A DNA stretch of 64,000 bases, taken from assembly GCA_963693365.1 (NCBI GenBank), contig CAVNZM010000002.1:2992259-3056258 (forward strand). Direction: 5' to 3'. This DNA is from Amoebidium appalachense. Lineage: Eukaryota; Protista; Ichthyosporea. Under the pieces are notes generated by a model that saw only the letters and a program-made list of their open reading frames with translations, did no database searches and was not told the DNA's origin. Shown here in pieces: positions 46,109 to 59,643 of the stretch (its first letter is position 1; the number at the start of each line of letters is the position of its first letter). Both the position numbers and the translations under genes were made by a program.

Positions 46109-47069
46109 TTTATCACTAATTAGCCCCAGAGTGACTATATTCCTTATGGTTTCGAAGGGTTGGAATCTCCGCAGTATCAATCTTTGCATCATGGGGTAGA
46201 GGCCGGGCCGATTGCTCCGAGGGCTTTCATAGCCGGAGTAGTGTTTTGAAAGGTTTCTTATTCCACTTCTTGCTGTTGCTTAGCTATCTGGTGTTGGTGA
46301 GAAGAAAGGTTGGGGGGGGGGGGGGGGGGAGGGGGGGGAGGGGGGAGGGGGGGAGTTGGAAAGGGGTATGTATTGTAGGATTATCAAGCTTGCCATTAAG
46401 ACGACATGTTTTATGGGCAAAGATATAGTTTTGTCAGCAGTACCAGTATCACTTAGTATTAGACCGCACGACAGCAGTGCCAGTATCACTTAGTATTAGA
46501 CCGCACGACATGAACAGTCGACAAGTTTTCGACTGTTCGAGATCTTTTGTGTACATTACCCTTTCTCTTAGATAACGTATGATTCTTCCAACGACTGCAC
46601 CTCACTACGGCAGTATGCTCGGAAGTGTTCTATATGCTGCACGAAGGGAAAAGCTGTTTTGTTACTACGTGTGTGGAGGTTTTGTTTGAGAACAACTTGC
46701 TAGTGGGGCCAAAGTCATGCTCACAAATGTACTTACGTGAAGAACTTTTAGGCACATCTGTCTGCCTGGGTGCTCGAAATATGATACGCCTCGTGTGTAT
46801 GAGTATATTTGTTGTTGTTGGGGGAGGAGGGGGAGGGAGGGGGGTGGGAGGGAGGGAGGAAGATGGAAGGAGGGGTATCAGGGAGCTGGTTGAGAAGAGT
46901 TTTGGAAGGTAACAGGGAATAGAGTTCTGGGGATACCGTACGGCATGTGAGAAACGGTTAGGATGCATTGCGAAGCCACATGGACAGTTTGGAAACACCA
47001 GACGTCACAAAACGTGGCAGAAACGTCACACACAACAAGGAAAGAATGATAACAGCTTTAAAAAGTGGT

Positions 47070-47085
47070 GGTGTTTAAAAACACC
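47070..47085 (-). terminator. Histone mRNA 3' stem-loop (H2B)
   Basis: GGTGTT-TTTA-AACACC followed by ACCA on the minus strand; 6-bp stem, 4-nt loop. Confidence 0.85.
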
Positions 47086-47122
47086 AGTTGTTGCCGACGC
47101 TGTGCAAGTATCGTGCAGATGT

Positions 47123-47497
47123 TTACTTGTTGGAGGTGTATTTGGTCACGGCCTTGGTGCCCTCAGACACGGCGTGCTTGGCAAGCTCACCAGGAAGGAG
47201 CAGGCGCACGGCAGTCTGAATCTCTCGGGAGGAGATGGTGGACTTCTTGTTGTAGAGTGCAAGCTTGGAGGCTTCACCAGCAACACGCTCGAAGATGTCG
47301 TTCACGAACGAGTTCATGATAGACATAGCCTTCGAGGAAATACCGGTATCGGGGTGCACCTGCTTGAGCACCTTGTAGATGTACACGCTGTAGCTCTCCT
47401 TTCTCTTCTTCTTCTTCTTGTCGCCCTTCTTAGCGGCGGCGGCGGCCCCGCCCTCACCGGCTTTCTTCTCGGCCTTCTTTCCTCCCTTAGGCGGCAT
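47123..47497 (-). CDS. H2B: Histone H2B (intronless, 124 aa)
   Basis: MPPKGGKK...[40 protein letters not shown]...[26 protein letters not shown]. Confidence 0.98.
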   Translation of the reverse strand: MPPKGGKKAEKKAGEGGAAAAAKKGDKKKKKRKESYSVYIYKVLKQVHPDTGISSKAMSIMNSFVNDIFERVAGEASKLALYNKKSTISSREIQTAVRLLLPGELAKHAVSEGTKAVTKYTSNK

Positions 47498-47525
47498 GTT
47501 TGCGATTTCTTCGGGCTTGAGACGG

Positions 47526-47650
47526 TCAACTGAATGGGCCAAAGCTCATGGCTAGTTTATATACAGAGAGTGGCGATCGGTTTGATAAAAAGCAGCTTTT
47601 ACCATTGGCTGAAGCTCGGCTGAAGAAAAGATCGGGTAGCTGATTGGTTT
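47526..47650 (-). promoter_or_regulatory. H2B promoter: Inr-like TCAGTT, TATA and two CCAAT boxes
   Basis: TATATAAA at 47563-47556; CCAAT at 47608-47604 and 47647-47643 (minus strand). Confidence 0.65.
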
Positions 47651-47654
47651 CTCC

Positions 47655-50210
47655 AGAGAGGGGTAAATCCCAGGCACACAGGTCATTCTGTTATCCCACC
47701 TTTCGCCTCCGTCTATCCCAGCTTAAGTCACAGTGGGGTAGAGTTGATGTATGTGTATGCTATGCTACGAAACACCCTATATATATGCGCCTATTAGAAT
47801 CTGCACAAGCCAGGCCAGATTCACATCTCGTACTAGATACATGCACTAACTTTATTGTTGATGATTTGATAGATCTCGGTGATTATGCTGGCGGTGGTAG
47901 GAAGGAATATCCCGATGCTCTCTTGTTACCAAACACCACTCCCGCTAGACTAGGTGAACCCCTGTCTCAAAAGGAAAGCTTGCGCCGGCTTGCTAGTATG
48001 AATCGATTTGGCCCCCCTGCTCGTATTATTGGTGATACCACTGGAGACCCCGTCATAGACTCTGATAAGTATTTCTCGGAACTGTTTAAAGATAGGACCC
48101 CCGCTCAGAAACCTATTGTGTGGCCTGTAGACCCATCTATCCCCATAGAATCGATCCTCCCCTTTTTCAGTCCCGATGCCATATGGTCTGTGATATCTAG
48201 TTATAGCTCTAGTAAGTCTTGTGGACCTGATGGACTCCCTGCTGGGTTTCTTAAAATCCTTGTTCCCTCCTACCCACAAAAGGAAAGTGATCGTGCTATT
48301 AAACCTGATCTTACTATCATGTTAAGCTCTCTCTTTTCTTGGTGTGTTAAATGTGGACATGTCCCGTCATCTTGGTTAGATACCTTAGTGATCCCCATAG
48401 TTAAGAAGGACTCTGAGGGCCCCATATCATCCTTTCGCCCCATTACACTAACCCAGGTTGTTCGTAGATTCTTTGAAGCTTGCTTACTTAGGTTATTTGC
48501 ACATCACCCTAGGTTTCAATCTATTCTTCACATACACCCATGCCAATCCGCTTTTCGTAAAAACAATTCATGTTATGTTCAAATAATGGCACTGCACGAT
48601 TCTATGCAAGTTGGTGCACAATATGTTGGCTTTATTGATTGGAAAACTGCTTACGATTCTGTCTCCCCTGGTCTCCTATGGGAAAAGCTTGCTGCACGGG
48701 GTGTACCACACTGCATTGGTGTTCTGTTAGAAGCACTCTTGTCTCAAACCTATGGTAGAGCTGTGGTTAATGGGCATCTTTCATATGGTTTTGCTCGTAC
48801 TAGAGGTCTCTTGCAGGGTTCATTGCTTAGCCCCTTTTTGTTTAACCTATTTATAGATGATTTGGCTGTCAAGATTTACGCCGAAAACGATGACCCTATT
48901 AATAACTTTCCGCCTGCACTTCTCTATGCTGATGATCTGTCCCTCCTTGCCCGTACCCCTAGACGCCTGCAAAGATTGTTCGATGTAGTGTCAGAGTGGT
49001 GCAAGGCAAACCTTATGATCCTTAACATAGACAAATGTGGTGTTCTTGTACCTGATATAGCTAACAATTTACACACATTTACATTATCATCTAAACCTGT
49101 ACCTATAGTTCCAGAATACAAATATCTTGGTGTTCCGGTTGATTCTGTTGGTGTTATGTTTCCCCATATGGTCGAAAAGAGGGTAGAGTTGGCTCGTAAG
49201 CGGTTAGCTTTCTTCTCGGCTAATATTTTTAAAGACACACCCCTCCATCCTTCTATTAGACTTACATTTATTCGCACTTTTGTCTTCCCGGCATGTGAAT
49301 ATGGTTTACCCCTTCTCGCCGCTTGGATCAAGAAAGAGAGAACTAGAGCGCTTAAACCCTTGGCAAATTTCCTTGAAGCAGAAGTTGCCTCCTTTCTATC
49401 TAACAACTGTTGTAAACCTGGGCCTGTAACGCTCTCGATATATGGTCTGGTCCCAATAGCTGCTAGAGTATCCTATCTCGCGCTGAAATTCAATAAGCAC
49501 ATAAGCCGCTTAAAGAAGTATTTGCCCTCCCACCCTCTCTTCTCTATCCGACCTGTCCCCTCCTCACCTCTCCCCTCTTTCCTCCCCTCTCTCTCCCCTT
49601 CTCCCCTGGGCACAAATACAAATAAACCCCGCAATAGTGTGTGTGTGACTTTGGACTGCCACTTACTTATTAAACATGTACACAATCACAAGATAATCAC
49701 GCAATATAACAAATGGAAAAAGATACCACACGACACTAGACCCGATGAAAGCATACACCTTGAAAAACTAAGCCTTATGTCTCGTTTTATATATACTGAC
49801 CGCCTCAACCATATTGCCAAATATGGCACTCGCAAGTGTATAACACCTAAATACATATTACCTTCCTGTAGAACTGGTCTTTCTCTAGCTGATGGTATTA
49901 TTGATCAATTACCACGCTTTTACTGTACACGTGCTATACAGTGGAGATCTAATAAGTATAAGGTGGCATCATTTGCATGCCCAAACAACACACACACACA
50001 CCAGTTTAACCGGTCATGTATCGCCAAATGTAGTTTGATAGACCACATAATACCGCAACACACACACGTCACATTCACAACAGACACCCAGAAAGATAGC
50101 CTACCTGTAAATTACAACATCCTTGATTTTATACTAAACACGCGTAACTACGACCTGTTTATTAGATGTATTGATTGGCTTGAGAAACACATCACTACAA
50201 AATTATAGCG

Positions 50211-50281
<71 letters not shown>

Positions 50282-50313
50282 CCAGCTGATACCGAGTGTC
50301 CCGAGGGGAGCCC

Positions 50314-50372
<59 letters not shown>
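47655..50372 (+). mobile_element. Non-LTR-type retroelement with poly(A) tail between H2B and H3 (5' boundary approximate)
   Basis: Intronless RT ORF, then (CA)n 50209-50280, a 37-nt unique tail and A55 at 50318-50372. Confidence 0.8.
47785..50208 (+). CDS. Non-LTR-class reverse transcriptase (807 aa from first ATG; frame open from 47644), no recognisable endonuclease
   Basis: Motifs KSCGPDG, IPIVKK..FRPITL, QSAFRK, FIDWKTAYDSV, GLLQGSLLSPFLFNLFID, LLYADDL, LNIDKC, YKYLGV; C-terminal Cys/His cluster CPNNTHTHQFNRSCIAKC. Confidence 0.93.
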   Translation: MRLLESAQARPDSHLVLDTCTNFIVDDLIDLGDYAGGGRKEYPDALLLPNTTPARLGEPLSQKESLRRLASMNRFGPPARIIGDTTGDPVIDSDKYFSELFKDRTPAQKPIVWPVDPSIPIESILPFFSPDAIWSVISSYSSSKSCGPDGLPAGFLKILVPSYPQKESDRAIKPDLTIMLSSLFSWCVKCGHVPSSWLDTLVIPIVKKDSEGPISSFRPITLTQVVRRFFEACLLRLFAHHPRFQSILHIHPCQSAFRKNNSCYVQIMALHDSMQVGAQYVGFIDWKTAYDSVSPGLLWEKLAARGVPHCIGVLLEALLSQTYGRAVVNGHLSYGFARTRGLLQGSLLSPFLFNLFIDDLAVKIYAENDDPINNFPPALLYADDLSLLARTPRRLQRLFDVVSEWCKANLMILNIDKCGVLVPDIANNLHTFTLSSKPVPIVPEYKYLGVPVDSVGVMFPHMVEKRVELARKRLAFFSANIFKDTPLHPSIRLTFIRTFVFPACEYGLPLLAAWIKKERTRALKPLANFLEAEVASFLSNNCCKPGPVTLSIYGLVPIAARVSYLALKFNKHISRLKKYLPSHPLFSIRPVPSSPLPSFLPSLSPSPLGTNTNKPRNSVCVTLDCHLLIKHVHNHKIITQYNKWKKIPHDTRPDESIHLEKLSLMSRFIYTDRLNHIAKYGTRKCITPKYILPSCRTGLSLADGIIDQLPRFYCTRAIQWRSNKYKVASFACPNNTHTHQFNRSCIAKCSLIDHIIPQHTHVTFTTDTQKDSLPVNYNILDFILNTRNYDLFIRCIDWLEKHITTKL

Positions 50373-50373
<1 letters not shown>

Positions 50374-50612
50374 GGGGAACCCCAACTAATTGATTTCTCC
50401 TTGTAGTCTTTATGGTGTCTCGTAGAGAAAGTAAACCCTGATATATAGTCACCACCCGACATCTATGTACGTGATCATGATATACCGCTGAGGGGATATT
50501 CCGAGCAAACCCCCCCCCCCCCATACCTGAGACTGGTTCTCTTTGCCTCGAGTAAACAGCGTAAACCCCCTTTTACCCCTCTCCAACTAATCTCATAAAT
50601 ATGATCTCGTAG

Positions 50613-51083
<471 letters not shown>

Positions 51084-51121
51084 GTGCATTGCCCACATTT
51101 ATGCTTATTAGGCATAATACT

Positions 51122-51137
51122 GGTGTTTTTAAGCACC
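51122..51137 (+). terminator. Histone mRNA 3' stem-loop (H3)
   Basis: GGTGTT-TTTA-AGCACC then ACCC..TTTTCAAAGAA. Confidence 0.85.
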
Positions 51138-52284
51138 ACCCTTTTTCAAAGAACTTGCTCATGCACTACCAACCCAGCCCGAGCCCATATTTGGTACCCT
51201 CCCCTCCTCGTCGAACCTTCCCAACCCCTGCACTAAGCCGATTTTCCTCTTTAGATAACTAGATTGTACGTGTGCGCTTTTATAGATGGTATCCCGTTTT
51301 CAATACTGTAACAGCAGGGTTTCAGTGCATTATTCCGTCACGAGCTTTGCGCTCGCTTAGCAAACTTTTTTAGGGTTGTGTGTCAGGCGCATCCTAAACC
51401 AGGAGCTCGAGCACTTTGGACTTGTTTATACTTAGTCTTTATGTCTGTGTACGTGTTTGTACCCATATATTTGCGTGTGTTTGTGTATGTGCATGACATG
51501 GTATGATGCATGTGTGTTCCTATGTGTACTTACATGGTGTGTTGTGTGCGTGGGGCCTGCGTACGCGTGCATGCCTGGCTGCCCAACTTGTGTGCCACAC
51601 TTGCACACGTGTGTGGGTACGTACCTGTATACGTGTGTGTGTGCGCGCGCGTGCATGCCCATGTGTGTGCACTGCGCATGCAGTGCTTTTAGTTTGTGCT
51701 TGTGAGTGTGTCATGACATGTCTATTGTACGTGGCTTTGGGCCCTAGGAATTCTTCGTTTGCCACAAGATGTCCTGTGTATTCTTCATGTTTGTCACGGT
51801 GGTATGCTCGTTTATGTTTTTGATATATCCCGTACTCATACAAACCCCCAGCACAAAAAATTCAACCCAACCCGTTCATATCCGAGAGCCTGTCCAACAG
51901 ACTTGGGCTGGGGCCGGTTTACACATGCCACAGGGTCAGTTCAAGCATGGGCAGTAGGAGAATGCTGTCCGTTTTAGGGAACGAGGAGTGGGGGGCTCTC
52001 GGAGGGAAACGGGGGCCCAACCTGAGAAGCTGGAAGAGGACCATCGGCCTGCGGACGGCTAAGTCGTTCTTCCACACATGCATACATATATATGTGTAGA
52101 GGTGGTCCGATCCTGACATTCTATAAGATGGCAGAAACCCAGTTGGGTCATGCACACATGTATCACCTATATATTATTAGCCTGCAGCGCAGTTTTTCAA
52201 TCGCCAATACTTCACATCTTTCAGTTAAATAAATTGTCAAAAGAAGGAAAAAAAAAAAGCTTTGTGCATCTATGCGCATATGCC

Positions 52285-52359
52285 CTGATGATACCGATAG
52301 TCAGTCTAATTAGTATTGTATTCGACAATTCTTCTCCCCCCCCCCCCCCCCCCTCCTTA

Positions 52360-52413
<54 letters not shown>

Positions 52414-52759
52414 CATGTGTGTGCACATGTACGGCGGGGTGGGCCACTGGGCACGTACAGTGCATCAAATCTATGGCATTTGGGGGGGGGAAGGGGGGGG
52501 GGGGGGGGGGGGAGGGGATAAGGAAAACGTTTATTAAACGAAACAAAACGATAAGGCAAAGCTGACACTTTCTGGAACTCAGTCCCAGCCTTTTGGCCAA
52601 CCGTCATCCCAGTCCAGCCACAGCCAATGTCATGTATATATTTACGGCCTTTCGCTATATATGTCGCCAAGAAAACAATTCGGTGTTTGATTGTGGGACA
52701 AGATTTGATGCACTGTACGTGCCCAGTGGCCCACCCCGCCGTACATGTGCACACACATG

Positions 52760-52815
<56 letters not shown>

Positions 52816-52889
52816 AAAAGGAGGGGGGGGGGGGGGGGAGAAGAATTGTCGAATACAATACTAATTAGACTGACTATCGGTATCATCAG
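52285..52889. repeat. Long inverted repeat (arms 52285-52472 and 52701-52889); MITE/foldback-like
   Basis: ~188-bp arms are reverse complements apart from simple-repeat length differences; ~230-bp spacer; no clear TSD. Confidence 0.85.
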
Positions 52890-53554
52890 TCTTTGTGTGC
52901 ATATCAGCGCTGTAGAGTGCGCGCTCCGGCTTCCTCGTGCCATGCACCCCATGATGGCTTTTAATTAATATGTCTTTTTTCAAGTCCATCTACGTGGTCG
53001 GTTTTATAAAAGGGTGTGTGAGGACACACGCAGACAAACCAACAACTCCATTCTGGCAATGAATAACGCCGGCATTATTCATTGCACACGTAGGGCCTAC
53101 CATGCTGCAGGCGCCTGCAGCATGGTAGGCCCTACGTGTGCGCATAAAACCGCAAGTGTGCAGGCTGAAAATCAGCCGTATGCACCTGGCCGCAGGCGTG
53201 CACTCTGAGCTGACAGTAATAGAAAAAAAAAGCTGAGTGTATCATGTATTCCGATCCTCAGCCCTTCTGCCGTCTGCAACACTGCTGTACGCATGCCGCG
53301 CGCAGTGTGCATCTGAAAGTCTAGTGTTACATTCACCAAAGATTTTAAGCCGCCGATCCTGTGGGGGTGGCGCATGCACGGGAGATATTACTGTGCCGGA
53401 GATGGCCACCGGAGCCCAGGCTCTGTGTCAAGTGTGCGTGTATGTTTTGTTTTGTGTGCGTGTGCGCGCATATTTTTCTTTTTTGTTGTGTGTGCCATGG
53501 GAAGGGGAAGGGGGGGGAGGGGAGGGGGAGGGGGAAAGGGGGGGGGGAGGGGAA

Positions 53555-53624
<70 letters not shown>

Positions 53625-54382
53625 GGGGGGGGGGATTCTGGGTCGTGCCTGAACTTATACTCGCTGGTCACCCTAAGCCTTTTTGAATCGACTGCTATGG
53701 AAGGCACACAAATAATTTGTGTGAGATGGGACCTCTCCCGTATGTGTGTGTGTGTGGTTCATGTATGTGTGCATGCCACGCTGTCGTAAACACCAAAACG
53801 TGCGACCATGTGTTGGGAACTCGCCGATAGACAACTCTATGTCTACGTGCCTAGAAAACCCGCCTTCACCCCTCCTTCTCCCCCCCCCCCCGCCTACCTC
53901 AGCCCGACCGTGTGCTCACAAAAGCATACCTGCATAACCGTGCACGTCTATTTGTCTTGAAATGCAAGCATGATGTTGCAAGAACACGCAACCTGGGGCA
54001 TATGCATGGAGAGCCAAAGATCATGAACTCAAACTCAAGGTCGGGCCAAACGTGGCAGACCGGCCTTGCACTTCAGCTTTCGAGAGGGGTTCATGATCCG
54101 CATACAAAACTTGGGAATTCTTTAGGTATGGGAGAATGCATCAGGGGAGAATAAGAGAAAGAAAACAAGCATCAACGAAAGACTTTCATGCATAAATTTT
54201 AGTACTTGGACGAGTGAGGGTTCAGATTATGAAAAGCGAGTAGTCCAATAGCAACAGGCTTGATATCGTTCGGTTTACGTTTCATAAAAACTGTGATAAA
54301 GGAAGCAAACCACAGCAGAACAAAATGGCAATAGAGTTATAGCACAAGAAAGAGAGCATGGCAAACCCTTTGAGAGGTGGGT

Positions 54383-54398
54383 GGTGTTGAAAAACACC
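54383..54398 (-). terminator. Histone mRNA 3' stem-loop (H4)
   Basis: GGTGTT-TTTC-AACACC then ACCCA..CTCTCAAAGGG on the minus strand. Confidence 0.85.
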
Positions 54399-54448
54399 TT
54401 TTTGTCTTAGGCTGTTTGGCCAAACCCTTTCTTGGGGGTAAAGGGCAC

Positions 54449-55489
<1,041 letters not shown>

Positions 55490-55531
55490 ATGTGTGCGTG
55501 TGGTTCCAGCGCTACACCACAAGCGAAAAAT

Positions 55532-55547
55532 GGTGTTTATGAACACC
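55532..55547 (+). terminator. Histone mRNA 3' stem-loop (H2A)
   Basis: GGTGTT-TATG-AACACC then ACCA..TTTTCAAAGAG. Confidence 0.8.
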
Positions 55548-55557
55548 ACCACCTTTT

Positions 55558-55611
55558 CAAAGAGTTATTGTTCTCCCTTGTGCCCAAAGAGTTATTGTTC
55601 TCCCTTGTGCC
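55558..55611. repeat. 27-bp tandem duplication downstream of the H2A stem-loop
   Basis: CAAAGAGTTATTGTTCTCCCTTGTGCC x2. Confidence 0.9.
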
Positions 55612-55999
55612 CTTGTCCAAAATTTTGTGTTGGGTTTCAGAATCGTGTATTTATGGGATATTTTTTCAGAGGTGTTTGCGCAAACGCCCGAGTGACCAAC
55701 TGTCAGTCGTTCTACCTACCCGGCTTCTAATATTCGTCGTAACGTAACTTGAAGATGTCAAACCAGAGCCAGCATGCAGACCCGGCCAGCCTGTATGCAG
55801 CTCTAACCCCTAATCACCTGTTCTTTCCAAACCTGTACTCACTGGAGGGACTCGACATGCATGGAGTGCTTGGTTGCACCAGGGTAGTCTGCCCAATCTT
55901 TCGTTTTAATGTTCGCGTTATTTGTGGTATGGAGTGGACGCACCTGGCTTTTCAGTGAACGCATGGCATCAGCTCACCGGGCAGGTTTTCGGGTCAGCC

Positions 56000-56857
56000 A
56001 TGGGTGTTGACTGTGCGCACTACAGGGGGAGAGACCTTCTCCGTGCCGTGCAGGCTGGTGACGTTGCACAGGTCGACAGGCTGTTGACAGCAGGCGGGGG
56101 TATGTCCCCTACCCACTTCTCCATTTTCTTTTTCTTTAGTCGGAGTTGTGAAAGAGACGGAGGTTGGAGCTCTCTGAGTGTGGGGCAGGAGAAAAGGGGT
56201 TCCAAGAAAAGGCCTGCAAAACTGTGGACTTTGGCCTGACACGACTGGTAGACGGGCAAACATGGGCAGCCACACGTAATATATTGCCCTTGCTGGCACT
56301 TGGAGTTTCAGACTGCAAAGAAACTGTGTATGTGCAGTGGTGTTTCCCTTGAGTGAGGGAGGAGGGGGGGGGGGGGGGGGGGAGAGAGAGAGAGAGAGAA
56401 GGGATATGGGAAGGGAAGTACCAAAGATCGAAAATATGCCACGACGAAATTTTCTTATGGTGCTGTCGTCTTGTGTTTCTCCGTGCACTTGTGCGCTTGT
56501 TATAAGGGCTTTGCCTTGACAAAGTGTTGCATTTCCTCTGGACAGATGTGTGTACGACCGATACCGGTGGCTGCTGCCTTTTGAGTCTTGCCGTCATACA
56601 GGGCCATATGGACCTAGTGTGGCTCCTTGTAAAACATGGCGCAGATCTGGAGGCCTGCCCCCCCCTCCCCCTCTCTTCCCCCCTCCCTCCCCCTCCCGCC
56701 CCCCCCCCTTCCCCCTTCCCCCCCCTCACCCCAGCCCGAATGCCCTTCCAGGGGCAAAAAGAAAAAATGTTGTGCTTCCCATATGGTTGTTTTCGTAGGT
56801 GTTATGGGCTCTCTTGGCTTTACCTGTGCTGCCCGGTATGTGTGCACGTGAGTGTGT

Positions 56858-56893
<36 letters not shown>

Positions 56894-57205
56894 ATGTGTG
56901 TTGACCCCGGGGGGAGGGAGGGAACGGGGGGGTGGGTGGGGAGGGGAGGGGGGGGTTAGGATCAAGGCCTCCTACTTAGTAGGAGGCCTTGCTGAGTAGG
57001 AGGCCTTGGGTAGGATGCACCGGGCTCAATTCCTGTTCAGGAAAGTGGCCGGGTGTGAGCTCAGTGGGCCGGGCTGGTGTTGGTGGTTGGTTGGTTGGCT
57101 GGAAAATGCGGGCACAAATTATTTAGATCTGGGATAGTGCCTGATGCAAAAACAAAAAAATGTCCCCCCCCCCCCCCCCTCCCCCCCCCCCCCCCCCCCT
57201 CCCCC

Positions 57206-57236
<31 letters not shown>

Positions 57237-57490
57237 AAAAAAAAAAAGAGAGAGTTCATTTCTTTCACATATAAAAGTGTGCTTTCTCTAGTGACATCTG
57301 TATAGAGATATTCCTATGATTTGGTGTCGCTGCACACAGACAATTCATCTGCTCCCTCCCTGAGGAGGGGCTCTGCTTATGACGCATACTGTCCGCATTG
57401 CTGATGTTGCATACTTGGCTGTTTGCCTTTGCATGTGTCCTGTACCATGCTTCTCATCGTGTATGTGTACTTCGTGCTGCTTTCGCATTC

Positions 57491-57535
<45 letters not shown>

Positions 57536-57711
57536 AAAAAAAAAAAGAATGAAAGAAAGAAAGAAAGAGAAGAAAAAAGCAGGAAAAACATATCTGTACG
57601 TGCATCCGTCTCTTCTTTCCAAATATGTGTGGCTACTTATGTTCTCATGGTTTTTGGTTATCTTCATACAGATGTTCGTCCGTTTTCCTCCCTTTCTAAA
57701 TGTCTCTGTGC

Positions 57712-57743
<32 letters not shown>

Positions 57744-57953
57744 ATATCCGTTTGTTTTTTTACATCTATTCATATACACATTCCCATTCACCTTGTTCTA
57801 TGTATTGTCACTCACTCTTTGCACCACCGCAGCAAGCCGACAAGAATTGGCGCCGACCCCTGCACGAGGCATGCAGTCATGGCCGAATCGAGTGCACACA
57901 GTACCTCCTGCACAAAGGTGCAAAAGTAGACTCACTCAAGCAGGCCGACTGGT

Positions 57954-57984
<31 letters not shown>

Positions 57985-57992
57985 CTCCCCCC

Positions 57993-58049
<57 letters not shown>

Positions 58050-58417
58050 TACCCGTCCCTCAGCCCAACCATCACCACCGCCCAAAACCACCACCCAACA
58101 GTATGTGCAAGTACCCCCACTCACTTTTCCCCTTGCTCTCTTACGCTTTCTCTCTCTCTCCCCCCCTCCCCCCCTCCTTCCCCTGCCCCCCCCCCCCCCA
58201 AGACCAACCCAATACCGGCTACTTGATAAGATTCAACCGTGGAGGTACGGCTGGGAGAAAAGCTCTCATTCCCTCATAGATTCCCCCATCTATATGGGAA
58301 AATTGGCCGATTTTGGGGGGCTGGAGGGGGGGGGGAGGGGAGGAGGGGGGAGGGGGGGATAAGGGGATAGGTTTTGCTCGGAATCGTGTGAAAAAGGCGG
58401 AGGGTTCTGAGGGGAAC

Positions 58418-58488
<71 letters not shown>

Positions 58489-58595
58489 GCGCGCACGCAC
58501 ACGCACACGCACACACACACACAGGACCCCGCTAATGCTTGCATGCACACACGACAACGTCAAAGTCATCTCCGTTTTGGTGGAGGCAGGTTCGA

Positions 58596-58634
<39 letters not shown>

Positions 58635-58723
58635 CTTCTCCCGCTGCCCTTCTTCCTTCCTCCTCTCCCCTTCCCCTGTTCTCACCACACCTGCCAACAG
58701 ATTTTGTTATCGATTCGACCTCA

Positions 58724-58761
<38 letters not shown>

Positions 58762-59602
58762 TTTCCCCCTTGCCACCTGCCACCAACAGCGCCCCCAATT
58801 TGTTCTTCGTTTCGGTCTCCTTATACTAGTAAACTAGTATGTGCTATTTCTCTGTTTGAGTTTTTTTTATTGTTGTTGTTGATTTTTGCCTTTTGCCTCC
58901 CTTTTTCTCTTGATCCCCTGCGGCGGGGAAGGGCGTGTGTGTCTGTGTAAGTGTGTGGGTGGGTAGGTGGGTGGATTTTTTTTTTTTTTTTTTTTTTTTC
59001 GTTGGGGGGGGGAGGGGGGCCAAGATTCGCACATAAGGTGCATCCCTCAATCAAAATATGAGAAATACGACATATAGCACCTAGGTAGCTACTTCAGCTA
59101 CTATGTATTGTGCATGTGTGTGTGTTGGTGTACCATATGCGTGTGTGTGCGTGTGTATGTGTGTGCGCGCGCGAGCGCCTGTGTGTGTGTGTGTGCTTGT
59201 GTGCTTGTGTGTGTGTGCATGCGTACATGTGTGTGGGTGGGTGTGTGAGTGGGTGGGTGCCCCTCGGCGTGTCAGTGTTACATATCATTCTCAAGGTGTT
59301 GTATGGGTGCAGGGGCTGACCTGCGGCTCAAAAACAAAGACGGCTGGACACCATTCCATCTTGCATGTAGGTATGTAATTTGGGTATATCTTGTGTTTAT
59401 CTCGTGAAATAATTCCAAATGCAGCTATGTAATTTGCGCATATCTTGTTTATACCTCGTGAAATACTACCATTGATAATTCGTGTGGTGTGTAATTTCTC
59501 GGTTTTCTCTGTAGCATTGTTCTTTTGTCTCTACTTAGTATAAGCTGACCTTCATGGAGCTTGCGTATTTGGGAGAATAAAACACCAGCAAATTCTTTTT
59601 TT

Positions 59603-59643
<41 letters not shown>

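Noticed and set aside
47640-50400. Target-site duplication around the RT element
   Set aside because: Best match is 13/15 and does not abut the poly(A); it may simply be a repeated CCAAT-box context.
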